This document shows, piece by piece, positions 60,734-64,000 of a stretch of 64,000 nucleotides of DNA. The position numbers were made by a program, and so were the translations under genes. The notes under the pieces were generated by a model. The model did not search any database. It saw nothing but the letters and a program-made list of their open reading frames with translations, and had not been told where the DNA came from. The stretch spans positions 544,001-608,000 of the forward strand of contig CAXXKT010000001.1 of assembly GCA_963662405.2 (NCBI GenBank). Reading direction: 5' to 3'. The stretch's first letter is position 1. Each line of letters starts with the position of its first letter. This DNA comes from Syntrophales bacterium. GTDB taxonomy: Bacteria; Desulfobacterota; Syntrophia; Syntrophales; UBA2210.

Positions 60734-62080
60734 CTATACGTGTTTCATCAGTATCCTGAATTTCGCCCGGGTCAGCCCCAAAAGCCGTGCCGCCGAGGTC
60801 TGGTTGTTGTTGACCATGGCAAGGGCCTGACGTACAAAATCTTTTTCAACCTCTTCCAATTGTATCCCCTGGGGAGGAAGGCGAAAATCGCGGCATTCCG
60901 TTTCCGGGGACAAGGGAGACCCGAACCTGAGAAACGACAAGGTGTCTGCGGTGATACACCCGGTCCTCCCCGCCAGGATCAGAGACCGTTCCATTACATT
61001 CGCCAGTTCCCTCACATTCCCCGGCCACGGGTACTCGGCGAGCAGTTTTGCCGCGCCGTCGGTCAGCACGATATCCCGTCCCGCCGCCATACGCTCCAGA
61101 AAATGCTCCGCGAGAAGGATCACATCATCAACACGTTCCCTGAGCGGAGGGGGTTCAAGGGGGAATACGTTGATGCGAAAGTACAGATCCTGTCGAAAAT
61201 CACCTCGGTTCACCAGTTCCCCGACATCCTGGTTCGTTGCGCAAACGACCCTCACATCAACCGGTATTTCCTCGTTCCCTCCGACCCGCTGGATCTTCTT
61301 CTCCTGAAGGGCTCGGAGGAGCTTGGCCTGCGCCTCAAGGGAAAGATCCCCGATCTCATCAAGGAAAAGGGTCCCGCCATCCGCATACTCAAACTTCCCC
61401 TGATTCCTCCTGATTGCCCCCGTGAAGGCCCCTTTCTCGTGTCCGAACAGTTCCGCCTCCACCAGGGTCGGCGCTATCGCCGCGCAATTTACCGGGACAA
61501 ACCGCTTATCCTTGCGCGGACTGACCCGGTGAATGAATTTGGCGAGCAGTTCCTTCCCGGTCCCCGATTCTCCCGTGATCAGCACAGCCGTATCGCCCTC
61601 CGCCACCCGTGCGGCGAGGTCCATGACCTTGGTCATCTCCTCGGAGCTATGCACGATCTCTTCCGAAGCGGCCGTCTGCTGCAGCTCCCTCTTCAGATCC
61701 CTGTTTTCGGCCATGATACGCGAAAGGTTCAGGGTCCTCTCCACGGTCAAGAGTATCCGTTTTTCTTCGAACGGCTTGGTGATATAATCGATCGCTCCGG
61801 CCCGCATGGCTTCCACGGCCGATTCCACGGTGGCAAAAGCGGTAATGAACACCACCGGACAGGGGTTATCCATCTGTACTATCTTTCTCAAAAGGGTCTC
61901 GCCATCCATGCGCGGCATCTTGACATCGGTAATGACCATATCGTAATGGACATCCCCCAACTTTTCCAATGCTTCCAGACCATCTCCCGCCTGATCCACC
62001 AGATGCCCTCTTCTCTCAAGCATGATGGACAGGAGGTGTCGCATCCTCTCTTCGTCATCTACAACCAGTATACGAACCAT
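60734..62080 (-). CDS. Sigma54-dependent response regulator (NtrC/AtoC family)
   Basis: Receiver ILVVDDE/DVKMP, GESGTGKE, GAFTGA, LFLDEIGD, WPGNVREL, Fis-type HTH. Confidence 0.95.
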   Translation of the reverse strand: MVRILVVDDEERMRHLLSIMLERRGHLVDQAGDGLEALEKLGDVHYDMVITDVKMPRMDGETLLRKIVQMDNPCPVVFITAFATVESAVEAMRAGAIDYITKPFEEKRILLTVERTLNLSRIMAENRDLKRELQQTAASEEIVHSSEEMTKVMDLAARVAEGDTAVLITGESGTGKELLAKFIHRVSPRKDKRFVPVNCAAIAPTLVEAELFGHEKGAFTGAIRRNQGKFEYADGGTLFLDEIGDLSLEAQAKLLRALQEKKIQRVGGNEEIPVDVRVVCATNQDVGELVNRGDFRQDLYFRINVFPLEPPPLRERVDDVILLAEHFLERMAAGRDIVLTDGAAKLLAEYPWPGNVRELANVMERSLILAGRTGCITADTLSFLRFGSPLSPETECRDFRLPPQGIQLEEVEKDFVRQALAMVNNNQTSAARLLGLTRAKFRILMKHV

Positions 62081-62138
62081 CCTTCTTCAGTCACCTTTCG
62101 GCATTTCCGTATGATAAAGAGTTCTTTTTCCCTTCCAA

Positions 62139-63527
62139 TTACCCATTCACAGGAAGTCCCACCCGGAACAGGGCCCCGCCGCCCGTTCTGTTTTTCACAC
62201 TGACAGTCCCGCCATGCGTTCGGAGTACTTGGGCGGCATACGCCAACCCCAGGCCGGTCCCCTTTGAGCGCGTGGTAAAGAAAGGATCGAATATCTTCTC
62301 CATATTTTCAGGCTCGATCCCCCCGCCCTGGTCTTCCACGTCAACATACAGCATCCCCCCATCGCGTGACACGGTAACGGTAATACATCCCTTATCACCA
62401 TTCGCCTCAAAGGCATTCTTGAGGATGTTGTCGAGGACCCGCATAATCAGATCAGGATCGGCAGATATGTACGAGGCCTCTTCGAGAAGGGTAGCCTTTA
62501 TTTCGACGGGAAACGTCGCCTTCTGTACCTCAAACCGCGTAACGATTTCTCCAATCAGGGCATTAAGTTCCACCTTCCTGAACACCGGTTGCGATGGACG
62601 GGCAAATGCCAGGAAATCTTCAATCAGCCGGTTGAGACGCCGGATCTCATCCTCTATATAAACGACCATTGTGTTCTCTTCCGTGATAGACATATCCTCC
62701 TTCAGGATATCCAGAGAACTTTTGATAATGCTCAGGGGATTTTTGACCTCATGGGCTATCATCATGGAAAACTTTCCCATCTCTGCCAGATTTTTCTGCT
62801 GAATCATCTGCTGATAGGCATCCTCGAGGGCATCGCTGCTCCGTTCAAGGGAATCCAGCATGGAATTGAAGGCCAATGCAAGATTTCTTGTTTCAGGAAG
62901 GCTCCCCGGGTGTACCCGGAGATCACGGTCTCCCTTTTCCACATCGTGCGCCGCCTGAGCGAGTTCTTTCAGTGGAGCCACGAGCGAGTGGGAAAGAATG
63001 TAAAAGATAATCGCCGCCAATAACCCCAGACCGGAAGAAAGCCAGAGAAACCGGTCCCTCATCTTTGCGAGAAGCTGCTCAATTCCGGTGGTGCTGTATA
63101 CAATTTTTACTCTGCCTATGAGACGATCACCGTTCTCCGTACCCTCACTCCACTGAAAGGCCTGGCTTACCTCCTGAGATCGGCTGAGCAAGACAGGAAC
63201 ATCAATGACAGAAAATGGCTGTTCCCTCTCCTGTGATACCGAGGCGAGTTCCTCTCCCCCCGTGTCGACGACGGTAACTCGTACCACATCCTTTTCCGAC
63301 AGGAGGTTGGTCGCCAACCGCTGCAGCATGGATTTGTCATCGATCAATATACCCAACTCCGCGTTAAGTGCAAGGTATTTTGCGAGAAAAGACATACGTT
63401 CCTCAAATCGTGTCTGGACAAAATGGCGGGTGAAATTCATGCCCATATAGCCCAACACGAAGGTGGTCCCCCCGATAAGGGCAAAAACGCTGATAAGAAG
63501 CCTCGCATGTATCCCTAAATTTCTCAT
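62139..63527 (-). CDS. HAMP-domain sensor histidine kinase
   Basis: Two TM segments, HAMP, AHEVKNPL, NILKNAFEA, DQGGGI, FDPFFTT, GTGLGL. Confidence 0.94.
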   Translation of the reverse strand: MRNLGIHARLLISVFALIGGTTFVLGYMGMNFTRHFVQTRFEERMSFLAKYLALNAELGILIDDKSMLQRLATNLLSEKDVVRVTVVDTGGEELASVSQEREQPFSVIDVPVLLSRSQEVSQAFQWSEGTENGDRLIGRVKIVYSTTGIEQLLAKMRDRFLWLSSGLGLLAAIIFYILSHSLVAPLKELAQAAHDVEKGDRDLRVHPGSLPETRNLALAFNSMLDSLERSSDALEDAYQQMIQQKNLAEMGKFSMMIAHEVKNPLSIIKSSLDILKEDMSITEENTMVVYIEDEIRRLNRLIEDFLAFARPSQPVFRKVELNALIGEIVTRFEVQKATFPVEIKATLLEEASYISADPDLIMRVLDNILKNAFEANGDKGCITVTVSRDGGMLYVDVEDQGGGIEPENMEKIFDPFFTTRSKGTGLGLAYAAQVLRTHGGTVSVKNRTGGGALFRVGLPVNG

Positions 63528-64000
63528 GGCCCGACCTCAATGGGGAAAGGATACTCTTCGGCAATCGTGAATCCCAGTTTTTTCATCACCCGGGTATTGA
63601 TCCACACATGAAATAAGGGGGGGGCCTGTCGACAGTCCCCTCCCGATAACAGGGTGAGTGCCTCCCGTGCACACTGTCTTCCCAATTCTTCATAATCGAA
63701 AACAAAGGCGAAGGCCGATCCGCTGTCATAAAAAAATCGATTATATCCGATAACAGGGACCTTCTTGAAAAGTGATTCCTTAATCACATAGGCAATGATA
63801 CTCTCCGATATGACGGTCCGGTCCGGGATAAGCCAGAGGGCATCCACGTCCCCCCAGTGCTGTTGCAAGACGACGGGAATCTCTTTCTTCGATGATATTG
63901 CCAGAGGAACCACCGTTTTTCCCTCGGGCACAACGCGGGACGCCTCCTCGAAAAAATCATCGTTGTACCGGGGATCATACAGGATACCAATACGTGACAC
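63524..64000 (-). CDS. ABC transporter substrate-binding-like protein (5' part outside the window)
   Basis: RIGILYDP, VDALWLIPD, KVPVIG, DYEELGRQ, INTRVMKKLG; ATGA overlap with the kinase. Confidence 0.8.
   Translation of the reverse strand: MSRIGILYDPRYNDDFFEEASRVVPEGKTVVPLAISSKKEIPVVLQQHWGDVDALWLIPDRTVISESIIAYVIKESLFKKVPVIGYNRFFYDSGSAFAFVFDYEELGRQCAREALTLLSGGDCRQAPPLFHVWINTRVMKKLGFTIAEEYPFPIEVGP

Overview
A GC-rich bacterial window whose gene content suggests a Desulfobacterota/deltaproteobacterial genome (inference). Nearly all genes lie on the minus strand and form one large cell-surface locus. From right to left it holds: an ABC-SBP / HAMP kinase / sigma54 activator / TonB receptor module; nucleotide-sugar genes (uronate epimerase, wbpB-wbpD fusion, wbpE, pglF/capD, wecA-like); a battery of eight GT-C-type membrane glycosyltransferases, four of them TMTC-like TPR proteins that are recombinational mosaics of each other, plus three polyprenyl-phosphate-sugar synthases; and a Cys-rich candidate S-layer protein. 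Four further secreted proteins (transglutaminase-like, S8 protease, BACON protein, small orphan) share a ~100-aa repeat module with the candidate S-layer protein. An MBOAT/SGNH acylation pair and a Wzm/Wzt glycan pathway follow; the latter has a methyltransferase-coiled coil-GT2-GT4 enzyme whose coiled coil is built from 33-bp repeats. Embedded in the locus is an ArsR-led unit containing a hidden selenoprotein: an in-frame UGA with a SECIS hairpin 11 nt downstream, missed by the ORF track. The S8 protease gene is split by three +1 homopolymer frameshifts. No rRNA, tRNA, CRISPR array or IS element was recognised.
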